A stretch of DNA of 39,714 bases from Octopus sinensis (Eukaryota): assembly GCF_006345805.1 (NCBI RefSeq), contig NW_021835525.1:1-39714 (forward strand), written 5' to 3'. The position numbers were made by a program, and so were the translations under genes. Shown piece after piece: positions 1 to 10,865 of the stretch; positions within the stretch are counted from its first letter, which is position 1; each line of letters starts with the position of its first letter. A model generated the notes under the pieces. That model worked only from the letters and a program-made list of their open reading frames with translations, did not search any database and was not told the DNA's origin.

Positions 1-13
1 TGGTGGAGGAATT

Positions 14-189
14 GAATGGTTGTATACTGTCAATCTAATGGGAACGTGACAGTAGGGGTTACACCACTGCTGTTTAGCCCTAGGAAGCATCGCTGCCACC
101 TGATGGCTTCGACAAATTTTTCCTGTGTCCTATATATTTACGAAATATATCCCCTACTGTCCCGTTAGATTGACAGTATACAACCATTC
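14..189. repeat. Fold-back element: inverted arms 14-58 and 151-189 around a core related to the 13955-14235 palindrome; may extend beyond the window start
   Basis: GAATGGTTGTATACTGTCAATCTAA...GACAGTAGGGG is the reverse complement of CCCCTACTGTC...TTAGATTGACAGTATACAACCATTC (one mismatch, one 6-nt indel). Directly followed by (TA)n. Confidence 0.85.
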
Positions 190-748
190 TATATATTATA
201 TATATATATATATTATATATATATAATATATATATATATATGTATATATGTATATATATATGTATATATGTAATATATATATATATAGTATATATATATA
301 TTATATATATATTATGTATATATGTATATATATATGTATATATGTATATATATATGTATACGTATATATATATATTTATACGTATTATATATATGTATAC
401 GTATATATATATGTGTGTATACATATATATTATATATGTGTATACATATATATGTATACATATATATATATGTATACATATTTATGTATACATATAATAT
501 GTATACATATATATATGTTTATTATATATGTATACAATATATATGTATACATATATATGTTATATATTATATATATATGTATACATATATATATATGTAT
601 ACTATATATGTATACATATATATGTATATAATATAATATGTATACATATATATATATGATTCATATATAATGTATACATATATATATGTATACAATATAT
701 ATGTATACATATATATGTATACATATATATGTATACATATATATTATG

Positions 749-780
<32 letters not shown>

Positions 781-790
781 TACATACACA
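190..790. repeat. Complex (TA)n/(TATG)n/(TACA)n microsatellite
   Basis: Direct reading. Overlapping Y/I/M-rich ORFs are artefacts. Confidence 0.97.
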
Positions 791-1552
791 GAGAGAGTGG
801 CAGCCGTAGAGTGAGAGAGATATAGGCAGAGAGAAATGATGTACTGAGTGACAGAAGCGGAGTTGTATAGAAATTAATAAGAACTTGAAACTGCAAATAC
901 CAACACATGCACATACATGTACTTGCAGACGCACGCATGAATGCACTCACATTTAAATATTATATGTTCCTTTGTTTTGTTTGTTTCTTACGTATCTTTT
1001 TCCATACTGATATTATTTTAAAGCCAGACGCCCCTCCTATAATTAACATTGACCTGGCGGCACCTTATGCAATTGTTTTCTATTCTATCCCCAGATCCAT
1101 CAAAATTTTGTGAGTGTATTTGGTGAATGATCGCTTAGAGAGATCTGTCGTATATACATGTGTGTGAGTGTAGATTCTGTGTGTGAGTGTAGATTCTGTG
1201 TGTGCGTGCATTCAAGTGTTTTGTGTCTCCTTGTCTAGACATCACTCGATAGTCTTGAACAAGTAATGTCACCATTATCAAAAGCAGTGTCCCTTGCTTC
1301 TAGTCTTCTGTGAAAACCTGTCTGGCTGAAACGGAAACAATTGAAAGTCGTTGAGACGAAGGGTGTTCAGCCATAGAAAATCTCTTTCAACGAATTTGAC
1401 CCGTCCCATTGCAAGCGTGGAAAAGTGGACATTAAAACAATAACGATGATTGTTCTCCTCTCTCTCTCTCCCCCTCATACAGACACTCACCATATGCCAG
1501 CATCATTATCATTGTTTTAAGCATCTACTTTTCCATACTTGCATAGGTTGCT

Positions 1553-2445
1553 TAATAATCAAGGGGGCTGCAGTCTGGGGAGTTAGGTGGCCAGATGTTA
1601 GGGGTGATGGGGTCACAGAAATTGTCTGACATCCATGACTGGACTCCAGACGACTTCAGAATCTCCTACAACTCTTCTGGATGGTCCCCTTGTTTAAGTT
1701 GGTGAAAGCTGCCATAATCCTGTCCTTCTGGACTTTGCCTTTCATCCCAGTTACGCACTGGGATCGATGTAATCGATTTAATCCCTTTGTCTGTCCTTGT
1801 TTGTCCCCTCTATGTTTAGCCCCTTGTTAGTAATAAAGAAATATATCTTTGGTGTTACAAGGAGCTTTGTTGCTCCCTCGCTAAACTGCACCCCACACAT
1901 AATAATCAAGGGGGTTGCAGTCTGGGGAGTTAGGTGGCCAGATGTTAGGGGGTGATGTGGTCACAGAAATTGTCTGACATCCATGACTGGGTTCTCCTGC
2001 TTGTATGACATGGTGCAGAGTCCTGTTGCCAGACATAGGGTCTTCCAGCAGCCACCCTCTTCACCCAGGGCAGAACTACCACCTCCAGGCACTTGATGTA
2101 GGCTTCTGTGTTGAATCTGAGGCTGTGTGGGAAGATGAACGGAGGCATAATGTCGCTGTCACTAGTGATCACTCCGAACACCATGATGTTGACTGTACCT
2201 GTCCTCAGACTGATGCTCAAATACCCTGAAACCTTCATATTGGGGCTTCTGGCATGAATGCCAAGCAGTACAGCATGTCGTTTCCAAATTTCTGGCATAG
2301 TGAATTGTATCATGGTGCTATTTTTCTCACAGATGGTGCCCAACTAAGCCTATTATATGGTGTAGTCGACAAAATCAAAGTGAAACTATGCGCATGCACG
2401 AAATTAAAAATATATGGTGACAATTTTCCCATTGCACCCCATGTA
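1553..2445 (-). mobile_element. Degraded Tc1/mariner-superfamily transposon, maT (DD37D) type, with a duplicated segment and a nested SINE fragment
   Basis: Minus-strand translation gives VMVFGVI-like, YVWQQDSAPCHTSRRTQ and (across frameshifts) IWPPNSPDCNPLDYYVWG, with 37 residues between the second and third catalytic D. C-terminal KDRIMAAFTNLNK at ~1650-1730. 1553-1641 duplicates ~1900-1990. Confidence 0.85.
1731..1843 (+). mobile_element. SINE family B, 5'-truncated fragment
   Basis: GACTTTGCCTTTCATCC...TGTTTAGCCCCTTG...TAAAGAAATA matches the copies at 18881, 20736 and 38632. Confidence 0.85.
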
Positions 2446-2477
2446 CATGTATGTATTTGTTCATTCATTTGGTTTTA

Positions 2478-2905
2478 TACTCTTTACTCTTTTACTTGTT
2501 TCAGTCATTTGACTGCAGCCATGCTGGAGCATCGCCTTTAATCAAGCAACTCGACCCCGGGACTTATTCTTTGTAAGCCCAGTACTTATTCTTTGTAAGC
2601 CCAGTACTTATTCTGTTGGTCTCTTTTGCCGAACCGCTAATTGACGGGGACATAAACATACCAGCATCGGTTGTCAAGCAATGCTAGGAGGACCAACACA
2701 AACACACAAACATACACGCACATACATATATATACATATATACGACGGGCTTCTTTCAGTTTCCATCTACCGAATCCACTCACAAGGCTTTGGTCGGCCC
2801 GGGGCTATAGTAGAAGACACTTGCCCAAAGTGCCACGCAGTGGGACTGAACCCGGAACCATGTGGTTGGTAAACAAGCTACTTACCACACAGCCACTCCT
2901 GCGCC
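2478..2905 (-). mobile_element. tRNA-derived SINE family A, full length, with internal TA/TG microsatellite
   Basis: Reverse complement has A-box TGGCTGTGTGG, B-box GGTTCAGTCCC, a CORE-like TTGGGCAAGT segment and an (AGTAAAAG)n tail. Many copies in the window. Confidence 0.9.
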
Positions 2906-3267
2906 TTTCCCTCAGCATGTCTGAAATTGGATGAAACCTTGTGACTGTTGGGGAGAGATATCCTTAGTTACAACAGAAACAGACTATGGGGAAGAGAGAA
3001 GGGAGAGTTAGTTAAAAGAGAAATAAGCAGCATGAACTTGTGGGGTTTGAGGAGATAATAATATGGGTAGGATAAGACAGATAAGAGCAACGTGATGTAG
3101 AGACGAAAGTGATAAAAGTGTTAGATAGATGACAGGCTATCAAAGAGCTCAATGACATAGACTTAACAGTAAGTAAACACACACGCACACACACATACAC
3201 GTACCACACATACATTTGATTAATTTTACATTCATGCATGTGTGTGTGGATGTATGTATGTATATAT

Positions 3268-3490
3268 ATCATCATCATCATCATTGTTTAACGTCCGCTT
3301 TCCATGCTGGTATGGGTTGGACGGTTTGACTGGGGACTGGTGAGCCAGATGGCTGCACCAGGTTCCAATCTGATCCGGCAGAGTTTCTACAGCTGGATGC
3401 CTTTCCTAATGCCAACCACTCTGAGAGTGTAGTGGGTGCTTTTACGTGCCACCGGCACGAGGGCCAGTAGGCGGTACTGGCAACAGCTAC
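3268..3490 (-). mobile_element. RTE LINE 3' UTR fragment
   Basis: (ATC)n tail plus TTCCATGCTGG...GCTGGATGCC...AACCACTC, homologous to the 3' UTR after the RTE ORF at 33430-34036. Confidence 0.85.
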
Positions 3491-4916
3491 ACTATATATA
3501 CAGGCAGCTAAGCCCAGTTTCACTTGGTCTGTTTGGATGATGTGGCTGTGATCGTTTTTGGTTAGGCATATGTGAATGAAAATTAAGTTCAGACCTCTAC
3601 ATGGTAGCTAGACCTAGTAGAAATAGCCGCCAAATTTCCCTCAAAATACCCTACTATCCTAATCCGACAATTCTGCCTATTATGTAGTTTGTATGAGAAA
3701 CTGTAACTAAAGATTAAGATTATTAACCTCACAAAGAGGTTAAAGAAGAGAGACAGCATAACGAATGTTTTGGCTGACTGTCATTCTGTACTCCCCTTGT
3801 TGCTAGCGAAATGGTATATGCCGGCTGTGTGAGGAACTAGTTGTTTTAATGGCAGAAGAAACAGGAGAATTCTGTAATAAAAAGTTTTAATCGATTTTCT
3901 CAGTAAGTATGAGGGCCAGGAAAAAAATACAAATTGCATTCCAATCTATGCACCCGTCTTCACATGTGTGCCACGTGAATCCACCCAGCCGTTTGACTGT
4001 GGACCTCAAGACAAGAAAGAATACAATGATCGCCCATGTCCATGTATATACGACAGATTTCTCTCAGTGATCATTTACCAAATACACTCACAAAACTTCG
4101 ATAGATCTGGGGATATATTATAGATATATGTATGAAAAGGTGAGAGATCCAAGGATCTCAAGGTGTAGGAAGATAGTAAGCTTTGGGCAATCTGTAGAAG
4201 GTATAAAAAACAATTTTCAGGAACAGTAGTGGTTTATTGATATGGAAGGTTGTAAACTTTTCCTTTATCGAAGTTTGATAAGCTGAAAAAATTGTTTTAT
4301 AGCTTATGGTTAGCAGCAGGAGTTGCTGTGTATGTGAATAGAAATCCCAAATTAGGGAATCTACTCTATTCCTTTATTTTGGATATATACGATGTCAGCT
4401 TTTTACTTTCAGAGTTGCACGTTTCCTTTACGCATGTGCACACTCACACATATCTCATACGCACACACACACACACACACATACATACACAAACATTCAC
4501 ATGCCTCCCTTTTTTATACACACACATATGCTTACATTGAGCTGAATGGCTGTTTTTTACTTTATTCACCCCTTCCTTTCTCATTCATATGTTGAGAACA
4601 CATGATACACTCCGCGTTCATCTTTCTCAAACGGTTATTACTTTCTCTCACTCTTTCAGTCATGGCTATTACTCTCTCTACCTCTCCTTCACTGTATTAG
4701 TATTTTCTCTCCTCCCTTCGCTGAAACTATTATTTCTCTTTCTCCATTCTACTGTTTTACTTGTAGAAGGCTATTTTGTAAATAAAAGAATTTCTTTTTC
4801 TTTTTATTTTCATTTGATATTACCATATTATTAACTTTAAATTAGGACATTTATTATGTTTTAGTAGATATTATATCAGTTTGTAGTTATTAAATTTCAA
4901 ATTTTAATTAGATAAC

Positions 4917-5324
4917 CTGTGTGGTAAGTAGCTAGCTTACCAACCACATGGTTCCGGGTTCAGTCCAACTGCGTGGCACCTTGGCCAAGTGTCTTCTACT
5001 ATAGCCTCGGGCCGACCAAAGCCTTGTGAGTGGATTTGGTAGGCGGAAACTGAAAGAAGCCTGTCGTATATATGTGTATGTATATATATATTTTTGTGTA
5101 TGTGTGTGTATATGTTTGTGTGTCTGTGTGTCCCCCAACATCGCCTGACAACCGATGCTGGTGTGTTTATGTCCCCGTCACTTAGCGGTTCGGCAAAAGA
5201 GACCGATAGAATAAGTACTAGGCTTACAAAGAATAAGTCCCGGGGTCGATTTGTTCGACTAAAGGTGGTGCTCCAGCATGGCCGCAGTCAAATGACTGAA
5301 ACAAGTAAAAGAGTAAAAGAGTAA
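4917..5324 (+). mobile_element. SINE family A, slightly 5'-truncated
   Basis: B-box, internal microsatellite and AGTAAAAGAGTAAAAGAG tail, as in the other copies. Confidence 0.9.
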
Positions 5325-5577
5325 CCCTATTATTTTTGTAGTTGATTTTTGTTTCATTTAATTTATCTGTCTTTAATTGATTTTTACATATCGTGAATTG
5401 TAATGTTCATAAAACGCTGGAATGGTTTGTGTTTTTTTATATATAATTTTTCTGGTTTTGAATTATCTGGCGTTCCAGTTATCTTTCATTATATTATTAT
5501 TTGTTTATTCCCGTCTGGGCTATGAAAGATCTTTGTATATTTTTGTTGTTGGTCGTAATTATTCATACCAGCATGTA

Positions 5578-5667
5578 ATTCCTGACGAAGAATCTAATTT
5601 TTATTTCATGAAGAATTCTTTGTTTATGTGTTTGGAATTAATTAGTCTCCGAAACAATTTGTAGAAT
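5578..5667 (+). ncRNA. Putative type I hammerhead ribozyme motif, Penelope-like style, possibly degenerate
   Basis: ATTC-CTGACGA-AG..CTAATT...AATTAG..CC-GAAAC-AATTT-GTA-GAAT: both catalytic boxes in the correct order, stem I ATTC/GAAT, imperfect stem II, minimal stem III, GUA cleavage triplet. Confidence 0.6.
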
Positions 5668-5674
5668 ATATCGT

Positions 5675-6065
5675 AGCTGTGATAGCAGTGTCGGTGGCAC
5701 ATGAGAGACCATCCGAACGTGGCCGTTGCCAGCGCCACCCCGACTGCCTCCGTGCCAGTGGTACGTAAAAAGCACCATCCGATCATGGCCGCTACCAGCC
5801 TCGCCTGGCCTCCGTGCCAGTGGCACGTAAAGGGCACCATCCGATCGTGGCCGTTTGCCAGACTTGTCTGGCACCTGTGCCGGTGGCACGTAAAAAGCAC
5901 CCACTACATTCATGGAGTGGTTGGCGTTAGTAAGGGCATCCAGCTGTAGAAACATTGCCAGATCAGACTGGGCCTGGCACAGCCTTCTGGCTTCTCAGAC
6001 ACCAGTTGAACCGTCCAACCCATGCTAGCATGGAAAGCAGATGCTAAACAATGATGATGATGATA
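5675..6065 (+). mobile_element. RTE LINE 3' UTR fragment with repeated GTGCCRGTGGCAC modules
   Basis: Module repeats, conserved terminal block and (GAT)n tail. Confidence 0.85.
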
Positions 6066-6473
6066 ATGATATTGGTTCTGTACCAACCTGGATTGTGAAT
6101 TAAAGATGGTCTACAACTACAATTTTTCCTTTCCTTATTCTTCATTTATACACAGACACATGCACACACACACACCTTCTTGATATGTGATCTATGTGTC
6201 TTACAGCCATCCACTCTTATGACCATAGAAAAATAAGGAAATTGAAAAATAAATGAATATATAAAAGATTGAATTTTAGATGTCGGGCAGCTGCATGTAT
6301 GATGATTATGTTAGCATCTGGCAATGCAGGCCTCCTCTGCCTGTCACTGTCTCTCAGTTGCTTTCAAGGCCATCAGTTGTACTCGAATGAAAATAGTGTT
6401 TAAGAAATATAAATCTAACAAACGACCTGTCAGCTGGAATGGAACTCGGTTGTAAGTGAAAGAGAAGGTATGT

Positions 6474-6504
<31 letters not shown>

Positions 6505-6744
6505 TATGAAAAGTTATGCTAAAGAAAAAGTTGATATCATATGGTCCTACATATGTTTCGCCCTGCAATGGATGTTCCAAAGCGCATTTGTATCTCTTCG
6601 TAGTTTAATATGTTGAAGTGTTCCTTGAAGGTCTGTTTCAAATGCCCTCTGAACATCTAGTGCAGTTTTCCAAGCAACTATAAGGGTGAAACGAAACATA
6701 AAAACAAATGGTATAAACTTGTATCTATTGTAAATCTCTCCTAC

Positions 6745-7082
6745 ATCATCATCATCATCATCGTTTAACATCTGCTTTCTATGCTAGCATGGGTTGGACG
6801 ATTTTGACTGAGGGCTGGCGAACCAGATGGCTGCACCAGGCTCCAATCTTGATCTGGCAGAGTTTCTACAGCTGGATGCCTTTCTTAACGCCAACCACTC
6901 CGAGAGTGTAGTGGGCGCTTTTTATGTGCCAGTGGCACGGGGGCCAGTCAGGCGGCACTGGCAATGACCTCGCTCGAATCTTTTTACATGTGCCAGTGAA
7001 GTGACATTGGTAACGATCAGGCTCGAATGGTGCCTTTTACGTGCCACCGGTACGGAAGCCAGTTGGCTGCTCAGGCAACGAT
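6745..7082 (-). mobile_element. RTE LINE 3' UTR fragment, same subfamily as 37935-38375
   Basis: (ATC)n tail and near-identical internal sequence to the 37935 copy. Confidence 0.85.
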
Positions 7083-7134
7083 TTCACAATTATATTTTAT
7101 AGCTAGTAATACTACTAAGCATACAGGGTGTTCA

Positions 7135-7287
7135 GGCTAAATTTGACAGTTTGCATGAAAGCTAATGAAAACACAATATCCCAATGGACTAAATTTGACA
7201 GTTTTGCATGAAAAGGAATGAAAACACAATATCCCATTGGGCTAAATTTGACACTGCTTGAAAGGAAATAAAAGCACAATATCCCAT
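7135..7287. repeat. Three tandem copies of a ~52-53 bp unit
   Basis: G(G/A)CTAAATTTGACA...GAAA...ACAATATCCCA repeats at 7135, 7187 and 7240. Preceded by TACAGGGTG, which resembles a Tc1/mariner terminus. Confidence 0.85.
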
Positions 7288-7343
7288 CCAAAATAAATAT
7301 TATTTTTAAAAATCAAAATATTTCAACAAGATTATGACTTTAA

Positions 7344-7566
7344 CCCTTTAGCATTTAAACCGGCCATATCCGGCCAAAAGTATTCTGCTTGTTTTATGTT
7401 CAAACTGGCCAGATCTGGTCTCTCACACCAACCCTACAATATTGTTTTAAAAATTAACAGCTACCTCATCAAAATCTCATAGCTACAAGATAATGCATGA
7501 TCAGTTCAAAACAATGTGGATAAAAAAAAGCATCAATTTGGGTAGAATAATGTGAACCTTAAAGGG
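7344..7566. mobile_element. piggyBac-type MITE family 1
   Basis: TTAA|CCCTTTAG ... TAAAGGG|TTAA. Homologous copy at 24385-24606. Confidence 0.85.
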
Positions 7567-7703
7567 TTAAAGTTGATGCTATTGGGATTTAGTGTTCTAT
7601 GATGAGTTAAGACAATAGAATGCATTAAATAAACTAATTTGATTAAATAAGATTATGTCACGTCTCAAGTATGTTTAAGCAAAAATAATGCGTAAGAGAT
7701 AAT

Positions 7704-7790
7704 ACATATACTAAAATTGGAACGATTCAGAGAAGATTAGCATGCCCCTGCGCAAGGATGACATGCAAATTCGCGAAGCGTTTCATATTT
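7704..7790 (+). pseudogene. RNU6: U6 snRNA pseudogene, missing ~17 nt at the 5' end
   Basis: ACATATACTAAAATTGGAACGAT(T)CAGAGAAGATTAGCATG-CCCCTGCGCAAGGATGACATGCAAATTCGCGAAGCGTTTCATATTT has about 5 differences from canonical metazoan U6. The ACAGAGA box is mutated to TCAGAGA and the 5' stem-loop is absent. Confidence 0.95.
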
Positions 7791-7796
7791 CTCAAA

Positions 7797-8032
7797 CCGT
7801 GCCGGTGGCACGTAAAAAGCACCAACCGATTGTGACCGTGGCCAGCCTCGCCTGGCACATAAAAAGCACCCACTACACTCACGGAGTGGTTGGTGTTAGG
7901 AAGGGCATCCAGCTGTAGAAACACTACTAGATCAGACTGGACCTGGTGCAGCCTCCTAGCTTCCCAGACCCCAGTCGAACTGTTCAACCCATGCAAGCAT
8001 GGAAAGCGGTCATTTGACGATGATGATGATGA
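7797..8032 (+). mobile_element. RTE LINE 3' UTR fragment directly downstream of the U6 copy
   Basis: CCGTGCCGGTGGCACGTAAAAAGCACC...GCATGGAAAGCGG...(GAT)n. Confidence 0.88.
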
Positions 8033-8994
8033 TTTATACAGAAGGTCTTCTTTTACTGCATTTAAATTGTGGTATAATCAAAAGATCTTAAAGAATTTAT
8101 GAACACAAGATGAGAATTCTTCATGTTTTTTTCATAATTGTGCCGGGTTATCTAATAGTATTTGTATAGATTCTTTCATACATAACCAACAAGGAGCATT
8201 TTGGTCCTGTTATGGAGGTAAAAGTTCCTGGGTTTGGGTAAAAGAAAACACAGGAAGATCAGTTAATTATGATTTTATTCAACTATTTAATCTTAATTTG
8301 AAGGAATTTTGTGTACATTTGATGTAAGTAAATTTTGAGAGATTATGGGTAATAATTGTTGCTTGGTATTCTACATCTTTCATTTTATAGTTACCATCTA
8401 CCTCACAAGTATTCAGGATCCTGCAGTTACAATTAGAATTATTAGTTGGTACTCTATTGTTATGTCTATATTTATTAGGGGTAATTGCGGTTAGGTTATT
8501 CTGATAATTGTTGTTATTAGACATGGAATTATTGGGGTAGTATCTCTTATATAAAAGGCAGATTTTATTTGCCTCCCTTTGGGAGTTATACAAATCTACA
8601 ATATAGGATTTCTTCAATTACAATTTACCTAGCAGTTTTTAAGAGTACAATGCATCGCGTCATGCCAGGGTCCAGTTTTTAAAATTAAACTCCAATTAAG
8701 CAAAATTACAGAAAACTCACATTCTGGTGTGTGTGTCAAATGCTTTTCTTAGTCTGGTTTACACCACACGCAAACGCACACACACAATGGGCAACGAATA
8801 AAATGAAAGTAAATGTAATATTTGTTTCTGTCTATCACGCTGATAGATTACTGAGTAAAATGTATGGGAAGCTAACAGATAACAGTGAGTGAAAATGTTC
8901 TTGGAAGAGAGTAAATTAGCGACAGTGATTTGAGGAAGACTAAACTGAAACTATGAAACAGTGTTTATGTATAAACAGACGACACTTATATAAA

Positions 8995-9317
8995 CCCTTT
9001 CGTTACCAAACCGCCCGAATTTACCTATTCATATTTAAATGAGAATATCAGAGTAAATCTCGTTAGTACATTCGTGAAAACACGTATTATACTTCGTAAA
9101 CACTTCAAATACAGTTTTGTACAAAAATCGAAGTGTAATTTTAATTCCGTGAATTATGGGAGATTTTTTTCCGAAATTGTTCCTATTGTGTTTTCAAAAT
9201 TGGTAATTCTGACAAAAAATGGATACGAATTTCATTATATCAAGCACGAGTCAGAATTCGAAGGATTTTCTACTGAAGACCTTCATAAATCTAACTCTAT
9301 GACTGAAAAAAAAAGCA
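8995..9317. mobile_element. One-ended piggyBac-type element fragment
   Basis: Begins CCCTTTCGTTACC, identical to the TIR at 10232. No matching right end seen; it abuts the Helitron. Confidence 0.5.
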
Positions 9318-9712
9318 TCTTTATATAAGAGTGAAGTTGTGTGTCTGTCCCCTTCGATTTACATTCGTAATTACTCCCACATTTTGCGGTGCAGTTTAAA
9401 CAAAAGCGGGTATCTTATAGTCCGTGATTCATATCGAGCCCTTCTGGGTATTAGCGCGCGTCTACGATGAGTCTACGATTTTAAAAAAATTTACCATCAT
9501 ATTTTTCCATTTTAATGCATTTTTTTCGCTTTTATATAAGGGAAGTAACTCTCTAAAAATATCTACAATGTGTCAACGATTTAAAAAAAAATTTACCTTA
9601 ATTTTTTTCAATTTTTAATGCATTTTTTTTTGCTATTTTGGCTATAACTCTCTAAAAATGCTTATATAGTTATTTCCCTTACAACCCGAGCAACGCCGGG
9701 CGATACTGCTAG
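9318..9712 (+). mobile_element. Non-autonomous Helitron
   Basis: A|TC 5' end, CTAG|T 3' end, and a GC-rich hairpin CCCGAGCAACGCCGGG 8 nt before CTAG. No TSD. Internal duplication of CGATTTAAAAAAAATTTACC..TTTTAATGCATTTTTT. Confidence 0.85.
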
Positions 9713-9722
9713 TATATATATA

Positions 9723-9754
<32 letters not shown>

Positions 9755-10231
9755 TAGAAGGAGTATTTTTTTATTGTAGAATTGGCGTAGTTTCCTATTG
9801 TTAAATGAAGAGATGATCCTAAATAGATTAGGAGATACTGAAAATCCAAATCTGATCATTTTGTTATTAAATATTTTTTCATGTTTAGAGTTTTAAAGTT
9901 TTTTTTTAATTATTCTTCTTATGGATTTAATAAAATTAGATTTTAGGTGTTTTGCAAATGGAATTATGATCCAAATGATGTTATTGTTTTCTTTAGCGGC
10001 TTATATTTTGTAGGTAATCTGTTTGTACATATGGCATAGGTTTCTTGTTTTCTATATTATTCCTGACTTTATTAATATGATTTATGCAGTTATGTGAGTT
10101 ATTAGAAGGATGAGATGTAGTGGAATAAGTTTAATTTTCAAAGTGTGTAGGCTTCGTGTTCTTATTTCTATCTACAGTTATTTGTTTACGGTTTTTATTG
10201 TCCGTATACTTGGGTTTAATTACATTATTAA

Positions 10232-10446
10232 CCCTTTCGTTACCGTATTTATTTTGAGATGCTCTGAGTTTCTTTCAATTGTTTTAAATATAACAAAGAA
10301 TTTAGTAAAATAACTTAGTTATCATTCAGCTAGTGTTAGGAACATAAATTATGACTAAGGTTTGGTGGAAAATTTTAATTCAAAACTTATGAAAACAAAA
10401 CGTTTGTACTACAGAGCCAGGTTCAGCCAGGTTGGTAACGAAAGGG
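10232..10446. mobile_element. piggyBac-type MITE family 2
   Basis: TTAA TSD and perfect 13-bp TIR CCCTTTCGTTACC/GGTAACGAAAGGG. Homologues at 25339 and 26128. Confidence 0.92.
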
Positions 10447-10584
10447 TTAAGCCGCTATTTCCAGCAAAGTTTGACACAGTGTATTTGGTGATTTGTGAGT
10501 TCGTTAAATTAATGATATTCGTTCTGTTAGAGAGGTTATGGTTATGGTCCTTATATTTTTAGAGTTTATTGTGATGTTTATTGT

Positions 10585-10865
10585 TCATCATCATCATCAT
10601 CATCATTTAGCGTCCACTTTCCATGCTAGCATGGGTTGGACAGTTCAACTGGGGTCTGGGAAGCCAGAAGGCTGCACCAGGCCCAGTCTGATCTGGCAAT
10701 GTTTCTACGGCTAGATGCCCTTCCTAACGCCAACCACTCCGTGAGTGTAGCGGGTGCTTTTTACATGCCACCGGCACAGCTGCCAGGCAGGGCTGGCAAA
10801 CGGCCACGGTTGGATGGTGCTTTTTACGTGCCACCGGCACGGGGGCCAGGCGAGGCTGGCAAGGA
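10585..10865 (-). mobile_element. RTE LINE 3' UTR fragment nested in the PLE
   Basis: (ATC)n tail plus conserved block. Confidence 0.85.

Noticed and set aside
80-950. Tyr/Ile-rich ORFs
   Set aside because: Translations of (TA)n-type microsatellite.
2671-2934. Recurring short ORFs such as RLPNPLTR..SGTEPGTMWLV and FLQLDALPNANHS
   Set aside because: Translations of SINE A and RTE UTR copies; recurrence reflects repeat copy number, not coding.
7704-7790. Functional U6 gene
   Set aside because: 5' truncated, ACAGAGA box mutated, and no full T-run terminator.
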